24,000 nt of DNA from Luteibacter pinisoli (GCF_006385595.1 NZ_CP041046.1:4402186-4426185), one strand, 5' to 3'. Numbered from the stretch's first letter, positions 13,709-22,834 are shown. Notes: generated by a model not told the origin, from the letters alone. A program made the numbers and translations.

Positions 13709-14896
13709 ATGAAGCCCGTCCTCGCCGCCGTCCTCTGCACCGCCGCCCTTGATGCCATGGGCGTGGCGCTTACGCTGCCCGTCATGCCGGCCCTGCTGGG
13801 CGACGTCGGGCTGGGCGTCGACCTTGGCTGGCGGTTCGGCGTGTTCATCGGCATCTATGCCCTGATGCAGTTCCTGCTGGCACCGGCCGTGGGGGCGCTG
13901 TCGGATCGCCTCGGGCGCCGGCCGGTGCTCTTGGTGTCGTTGCTGGGCCAGGCGCTCGCGTACGCGGCGCTGGCCGTGGCCCCGTCGTACGGCTGGCTGC
14001 TAGCCGCCCGTGCGCTGGCGGGTGTGTTCGGGTCGAGCACGCCGGTGGTCTCCGCGTTTATCGCCGACACGACGCCGGCGGAGGAGCGCTCGCGGCGCTT
14101 CGGCCAGCTCGGTGCGTGCATGGGCGTTGGCTTCATCGTCGGGCCGCTGCTGGGCGGCGTGCTTGGTGGCATGGATGTGCGCATGCCGTTCGTCGCCGCG
14201 GGCGTTCTTGCCGCGGTAAATGCGGCGTGGATCGCGCTCACCCTGCCGAAGGATGACGTGCGTGCGCCGGCGGAGAACGCGCCCCTGCTCGTCAATCCAC
14301 TGTCTGCGCTCCTGTGGGCACGCCAGCTGCCGGGCACGGCGCCGTGCCTCGTGGCCTTCGCCATCGTGTGCCTGGTCGGCGAAGTCGGCGGCACGGTGTG
14401 GGTGCTTTACGGCGAGGACCGCTTTGCGTGGACGCCGGCGATGGTCGGCATATCGCTGGCCTGCTTCGGCTTCTTCCATGCGTTGATGCAGGGCTTTGTC
14501 GCGGGGCCTCTGGCCGCGTGGCTCGGCGAACGGCGTGCGGCCATCGTCAGCATGCTCAGCGACGCCACCGCGTATGTGCTGATCGCCATGGCCTTCCAGG
14601 GCTGGATGGCCTTCGCGCTGATGCCCCTGTTCTGCGTCGGTGGCATCGCCTCGCCGTTGCTGCAATCGATGATGAGCGCATCCACCAACGAAGCGCACCA
14701 GGGTCGCCTGCAAGGCTTGCTCGCCAGCGTCACCGGATTGGTCACCGTCGTCGGCCCGGTCGTCATCAGCGCGGCGTACTTCGCCTTCCGCGCCAGCTGC
14801 CCGGGTTTCGTCTGGTATGCCGGTGCGGTGTGCTACGCCGTGGCGCTTGCCGCGATGTCACGGTGGCAACGCCAGGTCGCCAGCGCCTCGGTCTAG
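13709..14896 (+). CDS. tetA: TetA-family (12-TMS MFS) tetracycline/H+ antiporter-like efflux pump
   Basis: 395-aa ORF. LDAMGVALTLPVMPALL, MFS motif A GALSDRLGRRPVLL, FIADTTPAEERSRRFGQLGACMGVGFIVGPLLGG and GEVGGTVWVLYGEDRFAW are collinear with TetA(B)/TetA(A) as I recall them. It is divergent from tetR. Confidence 0.85.
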   Translation: MKPVLAAVLCTAALDAMGVALTLPVMPALLGDVGLGVDLGWRFGVFIGIYALMQFLLAPAVGALSDRLGRRPVLLVSLLGQALAYAALAVAPSYGWLLAARALAGVFGSSTPVVSAFIADTTPAEERSRRFGQLGACMGVGFIVGPLLGGVLGGMDVRMPFVAAGVLAAVNAAWIALTLPKDDVRAPAENAPLLVNPLSALLWARQLPGTAPCLVAFAIVCLVGEVGGTVWVLYGEDRFAWTPAMVGISLACFGFFHALMQGFVAGPLAAWLGERRAAIVSMLSDATAYVLIAMAFQGWMAFALMPLFCVGGIASPLLQSMMSASTNEAHQGRLQGLLASVTGLVTVVGPVVISAAYFAFRASCPGFVWYAGAVCYAVALAAMSRWQRQVASASV

Positions 14897-15609
14897 GGGG
14901 CTGCTTGCTTCGCGGCGCACACACCGGCAGGTGTCCAGTCGTTGACCCGTGTCGTCGCGGGCAGCGTCGAGTCGTGCAGCACCAGCGCGAACGCGCGGCG
15001 CGGTACCTTGCCGATAGCCATCAGCAACATCGGCTCGCCTCCCGGCATGACGACGGTGTTGCCCGGGCCACGGCCGGTTTGGGCACCGCCGGGCATCTCA
15101 AGGCACGTATCGCCATCGATGGCGTAGAACGCTTCGGGACCGGAATGCTTGTGTATCGGTGCACTCGTGCCCGGTGCGAAGAAGGAGTGCACGTACTCGG
15201 CGCTGAAGTCCTCCGCCTTTGCCACGGGAAGCGGGCCGATGGTGGCGACGTGCGTGCCGGCTTTGGCCGTCCAGTCTTTCGGCGCGATGGTGAACAGCCA
15301 GACCTTCCCGAAATCCATGACCACCGTGCCGCTGGCTTCCTTCGCCAGCAGCGCACTGGCTTCGTCGGGAAACGTCTCGATGTGCCAATACACCGGCCCG
15401 TTGGGTAGTGCGCCGATATCCTGGCGCGCCAGCAGGCAGGCGGGCCCGGGCGCGAGTGGCGCATTACCGAAGTCGCAGGGCCGGGATGTCACCACCAGCC
15501 CCGGACCCTGCACGGCGGGCGGTGGGCTCGCCATGGCGGCTAACACCCATCCGCCCAGCGCGCATGCGCCGCAGGCAACTCGTCTCGCGCTGAATATCCG
15601 ATCTGCCAT
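14893..15609 (-). CDS. secreted cupin-domain protein (hypothetical)
   Basis: 238-aa ORF with a GGGAGG Shine-Dalgarno sequence about 8 nt upstream. It has a signal-like N-terminus (ACGACALGGWVLAAMA|SPP). The C-terminal cupin-like core is IHKHSGPEAFYAIDGDTCLE..VVMPGGEPMLLMAIG. Confidence 0.65.
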   Translation of the reverse strand: MADRIFSARRVACGACALGGWVLAAMASPPPAVQGPGLVVTSRPCDFGNAPLAPGPACLLARQDIGALPNGPVYWHIETFPDEASALLAKEASGTVVMDFGKVWLFTIAPKDWTAKAGTHVATIGPLPVAKAEDFSAEYVHSFFAPGTSAPIHKHSGPEAFYAIDGDTCLEMPGGAQTGRGPGNTVVMPGGEPMLLMAIGKVPRRAFALVLHDSTLPATTRVNDWTPAGVCAAKQAAP

Positions 15610-15688
15610 CCAGGCCCCTCCCGACGTGGTCGCAACAACCTACGCCTCGGGGCCGGCTACCGCCATTCACCAGAAGTGACATGCCTGC

Positions 15689-16585
15689 TTACGCGGTGAC
15701 GGCGAAATCCATGTGGCGCAGGTCGTCCAGCAACGACGGGCCGGTGGGCGTCCAGCCGAGGCGCGCACGGGTGACCTTGCTCGATGCCACGAGGTCGAGC
15801 CCCGCGAACATGCCCAGCCAGCCGAAATGCGCCGGTGCTTCCTCGGCCGACAGCGACTTCAACGGCAGGTTGAGGCCTTCCGCGACGACGGCTGCGATAT
15901 CGCGTACCGCCACGCCTTCCTCGTCCACCGCGTGATAGCGCGCACCCGGCTCGGCCTGCGCGATGGCCAGGCGATACAGGCGCGCCACGTCGTCCACGTG
16001 CGCCGCCGGCCAACGGTTGCCGCCATCACCGACATAGCCGACCACGCCCTTCTCGCGGGAGATGTCGATGAACGGGCTGATCAGGCCCTGCCGCTTCGTG
16101 TCGTGCACCTGCGGCAGGCGCACGACGGCGACGTTCACGCCTGCATCGAGCAGCGCATTGCCCTGCTTCTCCGAGGCGATGCGCGGGTTCGGGTGGGCGA
16201 AGTTGGTGACGTCCTCGGTGGCCGGCAGGTGCGGGCCGGCCTGGCCGATGCCCGTGCCCGAGGTGATCAGCAGCGGCCGCGACGAACCCTTCAGCACGGC
16301 ACCCAGCGCAGCGATGACACGCGCGTCTTTCTCGCAGTTGGCGACGAAGTTGGCGAAATCGTGGTCGAAGGCGGTGTGGATCACGGCATCCACGTTGGCG
16401 GCGCCGGCGCGGATACTGTCGAGGTCTTCCAGCGTCGCGCGATGGACCTCGGCGCCCTGGCGGGTGAGCCACGCGGCACCCGCATCGGAACGGGTCATCC
16501 CGAGCACCTGGTGGCCGGCGGCAAGCAGCTCGGGGACGATGCGCGAACCGATGAAGCCGGTGGCGCCAGTAAGGAAGATACGCAT
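15689..16585 (-). CDS. NAD(P)-binding SDR-superfamily oxidoreductase (atypical/extended SDR, NmrA/epimerase-like)
   Basis: 298-aa ORF with an N-terminal Rossmann motif, MRIFLTGATGFIGSRIV. It is divergent from an MmyB-like regulator. Confidence 0.85.
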   Translation of the reverse strand: MRIFLTGATGFIGSRIVPELLAAGHQVLGMTRSDAGAAWLTRQGAEVHRATLEDLDSIRAGAANVDAVIHTAFDHDFANFVANCEKDARVIAALGAVLKGSSRPLLITSGTGIGQAGPHLPATEDVTNFAHPNPRIASEKQGNALLDAGVNVAVVRLPQVHDTKRQGLISPFIDISREKGVVGYVGDGGNRWPAAHVDDVARLYRLAIAQAEPGARYHAVDEEGVAVRDIAAVVAEGLNLPLKSLSAEEAPAHFGWLGMFAGLDLVASSKVTRARLGWTPTGPSLLDDLRHMDFAVTA

Positions 16586-16684
16586 GGGAACTCACCTGTG
16601 GGAGGAGTGAGGCCCAGTCTGCGCAGGCACGTCAGCATGGTAAAGTAGTGACATTATCCTGTTATAAGCATCACCCGCCTCCCC

Positions 16685-17515
16685 ATGCCTACCGATACCG
16701 GCAATCCCCTCGGAAGCTTCCTGCGCGACCGTCGTGCGCGCCTCGACCCGGCGACGTTTGGCTTCGCGGCCGGCCGCCGACGAACGCCGGGCCTGCGTCG
16801 TGAGGAAGTGGCGCAACGCGCCCACATCAGCCCGACCTGGTACACGTGGCTGGAACAGGGCCGCGGCGGCGCGCCCTCGGCGGAGGTACTCAACCGGCTC
16901 GCGTCCGGGTTGATGCTCACCGAGCCCGAGCGCGAACACATGTTCATCCTGGCGCTGGGCCACCCGCCGGAGCTGCGCTACCGCGAGCCGGAAAGCATCA
17001 GCCCGCGCCTGCAGCGCGTGCTCGACGCGATGCCCACCAGCCCGGCGATCCTGCGCACGGCGACGTGGGACGTGGTGGCATGGAACCGCCCGGCCGCGGC
17101 GTTGCTCACCGACTACTCGAAGCTGCCGCGCGAGAAGCGGAACATCCTGCGCATGATGTTTTCCGACCAGCGCGTGCGCGCGGCGCAAGACGACTGGCTG
17201 CGCGTGGCGCAGTTCGTCGTCGCGTCGTTCCGTGCGGATGCCGCGCGTGCGGGCGCCACGGCCGAGATCACCCAGCTGGTGGACGAACTCTCTCTGAGCA
17301 GCCCGGAATTCGCGGCACTGTGGCGCAACAACGACATCGCCAGCCACGGCGATGGCCTGAAGAAACTGCATCACCCCGTGCTCGGCCCGATCGAGCTGGA
17401 GTTCTCGACCTTCGCGGTGGAAGGCCGCCCGGACCTCACCCTGATGGTCTACAACCCGAGCACGCCGGAAACGACGGAAGCCGTGCGCGTCCTGGTCGCC
17501 AGCCGCGAGGGCTAG
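16685..17515 (+). CDS. XRE-family HTH regulator with an MmyB-like C-terminal ligand-binding domain
   Basis: 276-aa ORF. LGSFLRDRRARL..GLRREEVAQRAHISPTWYTWLEQGR is the characteristic MmyB-type HTH. The C-terminal domain has TATWDVVAWNRPAAALL. Confidence 0.85.
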   Translation: MPTDTGNPLGSFLRDRRARLDPATFGFAAGRRRTPGLRREEVAQRAHISPTWYTWLEQGRGGAPSAEVLNRLASGLMLTEPEREHMFILALGHPPELRYREPESISPRLQRVLDAMPTSPAILRTATWDVVAWNRPAAALLTDYSKLPREKRNILRMMFSDQRVRAAQDDWLRVAQFVVASFRADAARAGATAEITQLVDELSLSSPEFAALWRNNDIASHGDGLKKLHHPVLGPIELEFSTFAVEGRPDLTLMVYNPSTPETTEAVRVLVASREG

Positions 17516-17516
17516 C

Positions 17517-17726
17517 TCAGTCCTCGAGCGTGAAGCCGACCGACAGCGTCACCTGCCAGTGCGCCACCTTGCCGTCTTCCACGTACCCACGCGTTTCCAG
17601 CACCTTGAACCAGCGGATGTCGCGGATGGTTTTCGAGGCGCGGCTGATGGCGCAGCGAATCGCCGCGTCGATGCCGTCGGGGGAGGTACCGGTGAGTTCC
17701 ACGGACTTGTACACATGGTCGGTCAT
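17517..17726 (-). CDS. dodecin (flavin-binding/storage protein)
   Basis: The track ORF runs to 17789. The internal ATG 17726, with a GAGGA Shine-Dalgarno sequence upstream, gives 69 aa. [69 protein letters not shown] is collinear with bacterial dodecins. Confidence 0.85.
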   Translation of the reverse strand: MTDHVYKSVELTGTSPDGIDAAIRCAISRASKTIRDIRWFKVLETRGYVEDGKVAHWQVTLSVGFTLED

Positions 17727-17910
17727 GGCAGTGTCCTCAGCAGGGAGTACCCACGATGGGCCACGCCACGTTGTGAGGATGTGAGGCACCGCCTTGCACG
17801 CGCCCGTAACCCGCCCAGCACTAACTTTGGGGAATGCCCGCCACCGGGGGCTGGCGGAAGGACGGCCACGAGTCCATGCTGCACGACGTTTTACGGGGTG
17901 GGGGATCGAG

Positions 17911-19461
17911 ATGGGTGAGGGAACTATCGAAGCGGGTTCGAGCGATACCCAGTTTCGCCTTCTCGTCGACGGCGTGGCCGACTACGCCATTTACATGATC
18001 AGCCCCGAGGGCGTCGTCTCCAGCTGGAATTCCGGTGCCCAGCGCATCAAGGGCTACACGCCCGCCGAAATCATCGGCCAGCACTACCGCGCCTTCTACA
18101 CCGAGGAAGACCGCGCCGCCCACGAGCCGGAGCGCAACCTGCGCCTGGCCGCGACGGAAGGCCGGGTCGAGGCCGAGGGCTGGCGCCTGCGCAAGGACGG
18201 CACCCGCTTCTGGGCGCACGTGATCATCGACCGCATCCTGGGCGACGACGGCCAGATCATCGGTTTTGCCAAGGTCACGCGGGATGTCACCGAGCAGCGC
18301 CTCGCCGCCGCCCAGCTGGAAGAAGCCCGCGAGGCCCTGTTCCAGTCGCAGAAGATGGAAGCCATCGGCCAGCTCACCGGCGGCATGGCCCACGACTTCA
18401 ACAACCTCCTCATGGCCATCCAGAGTTCGCTGGATCTGCTGGGCCGCTACCTGCCCACCGACGAGCGCGTGCAGAACCTGATGGGTGCGGCACTGGCTGG
18501 CGTGGCCCGCGGCAAGAACCTCTCGCAGCGCATGCTGGCCTTCGCCCGCAAACAGGAGCTCAAGCCGCAGGCCGTGGATTTGGTGGACCTCGTCTACGGC
18601 ATGTCCGAACTGATCGACGGGACGCTGGGGGCGCGCTTCCAGCTGGCCACGCGTTTCGCCTTCCGGCTGGACCGCGTGCTGGTGGATCCGCACCAGCTCG
18701 AACTGGCCCTGCTCAACCTCGTGGTCAACGCGCGTGACGCCTACGGCGACGAAGGCGGCCGCATCGCCATCGAGGCGGATGTGATGGAAGCCCCGCACGC
18801 CGACGTGCCGGGCCTGCCGGAGGGCCGCTACGTCCGCCTCGCGGTGATCGACCAGGGCCCGGGCATGGATGAGCGCACGCTGGCCCGCGCGACGGACCCG
18901 TTCTTCACCACCAAGGGCGTGGGCAAGGGCACCGGCCTGGGCCTCTCCATGGTGCACGGCCTGGCCGCGCAGTCGCGTGGCCGTCTGGTGTTGCGCAGCC
19001 AGCCGGCAGTCGGCACGCGTGCGGACATCTGGCTGCCCATCGTGGGCCCGGTCCTTGCCGATGCGCCGCAACCGCTGATCGCCGTGTCGCCGATGACCGC
19101 ACCCGTCGAAGCGCTGCACGTGCTCGCCGTCGACGACGACGTGCTGGTGCTGTCGACCCTGAAAGCTCTGCTTGAAGACATGGGCCACGTAGTGACGGCC
19201 GCCTCCTCCGGCGACCGCGCCATCGACCTGCTACGCGGCACGGACCGCTACGACGTGCTGCTCACCGACTACGCCATGCCGAAGATCACCGGCGCCGACG
19301 TGGCCCTGGTCGCCCGCGGGGCACGTCCCGGCCTGCCGATCGTGCTGGCCACGGGCTACGCGGACCTGGCCATGGACGCGTTCCCCGGCATGCTGCGGCT
19401 GGACAAGCCGTTCGACCGGGCCAAGCTCGCGCACGCCATCGACCTCGCGATCGCCGGTTGA
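17911..19461 (+). CDS. hybrid sensor histidine kinase (PAS, HisKA, HATPase_c, REC)
   Basis: The track ORF starts at 17794. I prefer ATG 17911 (MGEGTIEAG...), which has GGGGA upstream. It has a PAS domain ([35 protein letters not shown]), an H-box [12 protein letters not shown]-boxes DQGPGM and GTGLGLSMV, and a receiver ([20 protein letters not shown]). Confidence 0.88.
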   Translation: MGEGTIEAGSSDTQFRLLVDGVADYAIYMISPEGVVSSWNSGAQRIKGYTPAEIIGQHYRAFYTEEDRAAHEPERNLRLAATEGRVEAEGWRLRKDGTRFWAHVIIDRILGDDGQIIGFAKVTRDVTEQRLAAAQLEEAREALFQSQKMEAIGQLTGGMAHDFNNLLMAIQSSLDLLGRYLPTDERVQNLMGAALAGVARGKNLSQRMLAFARKQELKPQAVDLVDLVYGMSELIDGTLGARFQLATRFAFRLDRVLVDPHQLELALLNLVVNARDAYGDEGGRIAIEADVMEAPHADVPGLPEGRYVRLAVIDQGPGMDERTLARATDPFFTTKGVGKGTGLGLSMVHGLAAQSRGRLVLRSQPAVGTRADIWLPIVGPVLADAPQPLIAVSPMTAPVEALHVLAVDDDVLVLSTLKALLEDMGHVVTAASSGDRAIDLLRGTDRYDVLLTDYAMPKITGADVALVARGARPGLPIVLATGYADLAMDAFPGMLRLDKPFDRAKLAHAIDLAIAG

Positions 19462-19511
19462 CCATGTAGGGATATTCCCGAAGCCCAGGCGCATACTAGG
19501 CCTCAGGGAAA

Positions 19512-19552
19512 TCCATACATCGACGACAAGGTGGCATGGCCATGTCCATACA
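19512..19552 (+). repeat. exact 8-mer direct repeat TCCATACA spaced 33 bp across the MocR-type regulator start
   Basis: TCCATACA occurs at 19512-19519 and 19545-19552. A partial CATAC also lies at about 19491-19495. MocR/GabR-type regulators are known to bind direct repeats separated by about three helical turns. Confidence 0.3.
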
Positions 19553-20915
19553 AGACGCCGAGTGGCGGGAGGCCCTGGACGAAGCGGGCCCGCGCTACCT
19601 GAAGATCGTCCGCTTCATGGAGAAGGCCATCGCCGAGGGCCGGCTGCGCTCGGGCGATCGCCTGCCACCGCAGCGCGAACTGGCCCGCACCCTGGGCGTC
19701 GACCTCACGACCATTACCCGTGCCTACGCGGAAGCCCGGGAGCGCAACCTCCTGCACGCCCGTGGCGCCATGGGCTCGTTTGTCTCGGCCCCGCGCTTCG
19801 AGACGTCGGAGATGCTCGACCTGGGCATGAACCTGCCGCCGCCACCCCTGGGCGTGGACCTGCGCGAACTGCTCCAGCATGGCTTCGAGCAGGTGCTTAC
19901 CCATACCGATACCCACGCGCTGATGAGCTACCACCCCGGCGGCGGTACCCAGGCGGATCGCAAGGCCGGCGCCGCGTGGCTCGCCACGCCACTGGGCAAG
20001 GTGGACCCGGAGCGCATCGTCATCTCACCCGGCGCGCAGGTGGCCTTGTCCGCGTTGCTGCTCACGCTGACGGAACCGGGCGACGCCATCGCCTGCGAGC
20101 CGCTCGTTTACCCCGGCGTGCTGGCGGCGACGCAACAGCTGGGCCGTCGCGTATGGCCCATCGCCGCCGATGCGAAGGGCATGCTGCCCGAAGCGCTCGA
20201 AGAGGCCGCGGCCCTCGGCGTGCGCGTGGTGTATCTCAATCCGACGCTGCGCAATCCCACGGCAACCACGATGGGCGAGGTGCGTCGCGACGCGCTCGTC
20301 ACCGTGATGCGCCGGCTGGGCCTGACGCTGATCGAGGACGACCCGTACTGGTTGCTTGCCGCACGCGCGCCTGCCCCGCTCGCTGCGCGCCTGCCCGAGC
20401 GCGCGTACTACGTCTCCACGCTGTCGAAGGCCCTGACACCCGGATTGCGCACGGCGTACGTCGTGGCCCCCGACCGCGAGACGCGCGCGCGTTTCCTTGC
20501 CTGCCTGCGCTCGCTGGCGCTGATGTCCACGCCGGTGATGACCTCGCTGGCCACGCAATGGATCCACGACGGCACGGCCGCGCGCATCGTCGAGGGCGTG
20601 CGCGGCGAAGCGGCGGAGCGGCGGCGCATCGCGGTGAACACGTTGCCGCTCGACCCGACGCAGCCGGGCGAGGGCATCCACGTGTGGCTGCCGCTGCCCG
20701 CGCGCTGGACAGCGCAGGCGCTGGCCACGTCGGCACGCATGGAAGGCCTGGCGGTGACGCCCTCGACGGCCTTTGCCGCGAATACGCCGGCGGTGGAGGC
20801 GATCCGCATTTCACTGGGTGGCGTGCGTGATCGCGCGCGACTGAAGGCGAGCCTGGTGCGCCTGGCCGCGCTGCTTGACGATGACGCGCCGCGTGACGAC
20901 GGGCCGCTCGTGTAG
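19536..20915 (+). CDS. MocR/GabR/PdxR-type regulator (GntR wHTH fused to a PLP aminotransferase-like domain)
   Basis: 459-aa ORF with a wHTH, LPPQRELARTLGVDLTTITRAYAEA. The fold-type-I aminotransferase-like C-terminus has the PLP lysine motif YYVSTLSKALTPGLR. ATG 19542 is an alternative start. Confidence 0.88.
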   Translation: MAMSIQDAEWREALDEAGPRYLKIVRFMEKAIAEGRLRSGDRLPPQRELARTLGVDLTTITRAYAEARERNLLHARGAMGSFVSAPRFETSEMLDLGMNLPPPPLGVDLRELLQHGFEQVLTHTDTHALMSYHPGGGTQADRKAGAAWLATPLGKVDPERIVISPGAQVALSALLLTLTEPGDAIACEPLVYPGVLAATQQLGRRVWPIAADAKGMLPEALEEAAALGVRVVYLNPTLRNPTATTMGEVRRDALVTVMRRLGLTLIEDDPYWLLAARAPAPLAARLPERAYYVSTLSKALTPGLRTAYVVAPDRETRARFLACLRSLALMSTPVMTSLATQWIHDGTAARIVEGVRGEAAERRRIAVNTLPLDPTQPGEGIHVWLPLPARWTAQALATSARMEGLAVTPSTAFAANTPAVEAIRISLGGVRDRARLKASLVRLAALLDDDAPRDDGPLV

Positions 20916-20918
20916 GAA

Positions 20919-21899
20919 CTAGGGGCGCAGGACGATCTTCCCGACGCTCTCGTTGCTCTCCATCCGCCGGTGCGCGTCGGCGGCCTGCGCCAGCGGAAAC
21001 ACGCTATCCACCACCGGCAGCAGCAGGCCACTGCTGAAGTGATCCAGCCAGGTGTCGCGGAAGCGCTTGGTCATGGCCTGCTTCTCCGCCTGCGGACGCG
21101 ACTTCATCACCGTGCCGAAGATATGCAGGTGGCGATACAACAGCCGCTGCAGGTCGATCACGGGCATGTCGCCGCCGCCCAGCATCCCGACCTGGACGAG
21201 CCGCCCGCCGAAATCCAGTGAGGCCAGGTTGCGCTCGAAATACGTGCCGCCGACGAAGTCCACGATCAGGTCCACGCCGTGGCCGTCGGTGGCTTCCTGG
21301 ATCGCCTGGGCGAAATCCGTGGAGGTGTAATCGATGCCGACATCCGCACCGAGTTCGCGCACGCGATCCAGCTTGCTGCCGCGTGCCGTGGCGAACACGC
21401 GCGCACCACAGGCCTTGGCCAGCTGCACGGCCGCCGAGCCCACCCCGCTCGCGGCTGCGTGGATCAGCACCGTCTCGCCCGCGCCCAGCCGGCCCAGGTG
21501 CACCAGCGCCTCGTGCGCGGTAACAAACACCTCGGGGATCGCGGCGGCCTCCACGTACTCCACGCCGGAGGGGATCGGCAGCGCCATGCGGTAATCGATG
21601 CGTGCCAGCTCGGCATAACCGCCACCACCGACAATGCCCATCACGCGGTCACCGAGGTTCCAGGTGCGGACGTCGCTGCCCATCGCCACCACCACGCCGG
21701 CGATCTCCAGGCCCATCAGGGTGGAATCGCCGAAGTCCGAGCGGCCGTAGTGGCCCACGCGGTGCAGCACATCGGCACGGTTCACGCCGGCGGCATGCAC
21801 GCGCACCAGCAGGTCGTGGGGCCGGACCACGGGGTCGGGCAGTTCCGCCAGCTGCAGCACCGAAGGCTCGCCGAAGTCACTGAAGTCGATGGCGCGCAT
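20919..21899 (-). CDS. NADPH:quinone oxidoreductase / zeta-crystallin-like medium-chain reductase
   Basis: 326-aa ORF. It has LVRVHAAGVNRADV and the cofactor-binding motif VLIHAAASGVGSAAVQLAK. It lacks the catalytic Zn Cys/His pattern. The C-terminus is HRRMESNESVGKIVL. Confidence 0.88.
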   Translation of the reverse strand: MRAIDFSDFGEPSVLQLAELPDPVVRPHDLLVRVHAAGVNRADVLHRVGHYGRSDFGDSTLMGLEIAGVVVAMGSDVRTWNLGDRVMGIVGGGGYAELARIDYRMALPIPSGVEYVEAAAIPEVFVTAHEALVHLGRLGAGETVLIHAAASGVGSAAVQLAKACGARVFATARGSKLDRVRELGADVGIDYTSTDFAQAIQEATDGHGVDLIVDFVGGTYFERNLASLDFGGRLVQVGMLGGGDMPVIDLQRLLYRHLHIFGTVMKSRPQAEKQAMTKRFRDTWLDHFSSGLLLPVVDSVFPLAQAADAHRRMESNESVGKIVLRP

Positions 21900-21958
21900 G
21901 GGAGTCGTCCGTGGGGAGGAAGTCCCAAGGATGCGCCTTTTGCTGCATGCCCGTCGTC

Positions 21959-21979
21959 ATGTTCGACGCCATCGAACAT
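21959..21979. promoter_or_regulatory. perfect 8-bp inverted repeat ATGTTCGA-N5-TCGAACAT in a divergent promoter region
   Basis: The arms at 21959-21966 and 21972-21979 are exact reverse complements. The repeat lies 60-80 bp upstream of the quinone reductase start and 81-101 bp upstream of the SDR start. Confidence 0.4.
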
Positions 21980-22059
21980 TCCCGGCGCGTGGCGTGGAAC
22001 GTCATCCGCCCCCGCCCGGCGCAACCTGTGCGCATCCCAAAACCACCCGGAGTGCCACC

Positions 22060-22824
22060 ATGTCCCGTCTTGCCCACAAGGTCGCCATCGTCACCGGTGC
22101 CAGCTCAGGTATCGGCCGCGCCACCGCGAAGCTCTTTGCCGCCGAAGGTGCGCAGGTGGTCGTCGGCGCTCGCCGCGACGCCGAACTGCAGTCGCTGGTT
22201 GCCGAAATTGAAGCCGCGGGCGGTCACGCCGTCGCCCTTGCCGGTGATGTCCGCGACGAGGCGTATGCGAAAGCGCTGGTCGACCTCGCCGTCGCCCGTT
22301 ACGGCCGCCTCGATATCGCCTTCAACAACGCCGGTACCCTCGGCCAGACCGGCCCGAGCACGGAGGTCAGCGAAGAAGGCTGGGCCCAGGCGATCGATAT
22401 CAACCTGACCGGCTCGTTCCTCGGCGCCAAGCACCAGGTGGCGCAGATGCTGAAGAACGGCGGCGGCTCGGTGATTTTCACCTCCACCTTCGTCGGCTAT
22501 TCGTTTGCCTTCCCGGGCACGGCGGCCTACGCCGCGAGCAAGGCCGGCGTGGTCGGCCTCACCCAGGCACTCGCTGCTGAATACGGCCCGGACAACATCC
22601 GCGTGAACGCGGTGCTCCCGGGCGCAGTGGAGACCGACATGTACCTGGAGATGAACAGCACGCCCGAGTCGCAGGAATATATGTACAAGCTGCATGCCCT
22701 GCGTCGCGTGGCCTCGCCCGATGAACTGGCCCGCGCCGTGCTGTTCCTGGCCTCGGACGATGCGTCGTTCGTCACCGGCACCGCCTCGCTCGTGGACGGT
22801 GGCGCCTCGATCAGCCGCGCCTGA
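22060..22824 (+). CDS. classical SDR family oxidoreductase
   Basis: The track ORF starts at 21889. ATG 22060, with GGAG 8 nt upstream, gives 254 aa. It has TGASSGIGRA, NNAG and the catalytic S...YAASK motif. Confidence 0.88.
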   Translation: MSRLAHKVAIVTGASSGIGRATAKLFAAEGAQVVVGARRDAELQSLVAEIEAAGGHAVALAGDVRDEAYAKALVDLAVARYGRLDIAFNNAGTLGQTGPSTEVSEEGWAQAIDINLTGSFLGAKHQVAQMLKNGGGSVIFTSTFVGYSFAFPGTAAYAASKAGVVGLTQALAAEYGPDNIRVNAVLPGAVETDMYLEMNSTPESQEYMYKLHALRRVASPDELARAVLFLASDDASFVTGTASLVDGGASISRA

Positions 22825-22834
22825 TCGCCCGGTT

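Noticed and set aside
14314-15408. 364-aa plus-strand ORF spanning the tetA 3' end and the cupin gene antisense strand
   Set aside because: It is out of frame with TetA and antisense to the cupin gene. It is Arg/Gly-rich with no motifs.
16592-17374. 260-aa minus-strand ORF
   Set aside because: It is antisense to the MmyB-like regulator and has Arg/Ala/Gln-rich artefact composition.
17821-19188. 455-aa minus-strand ORF
   Set aside because: It is antisense to the PAS hybrid histidine kinase, whose H, N, G and receiver motifs are all intact.
19562-20830. 422-aa plus-strand ORF in an alternative frame of the MocR-type gene
   Set aside because: Its Arg/Pro/Gly/Ala-rich translation is typical of an off-frame reading of GC-rich codons. 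The annotated frame contains the wHTH and the PLP-lysine motif.
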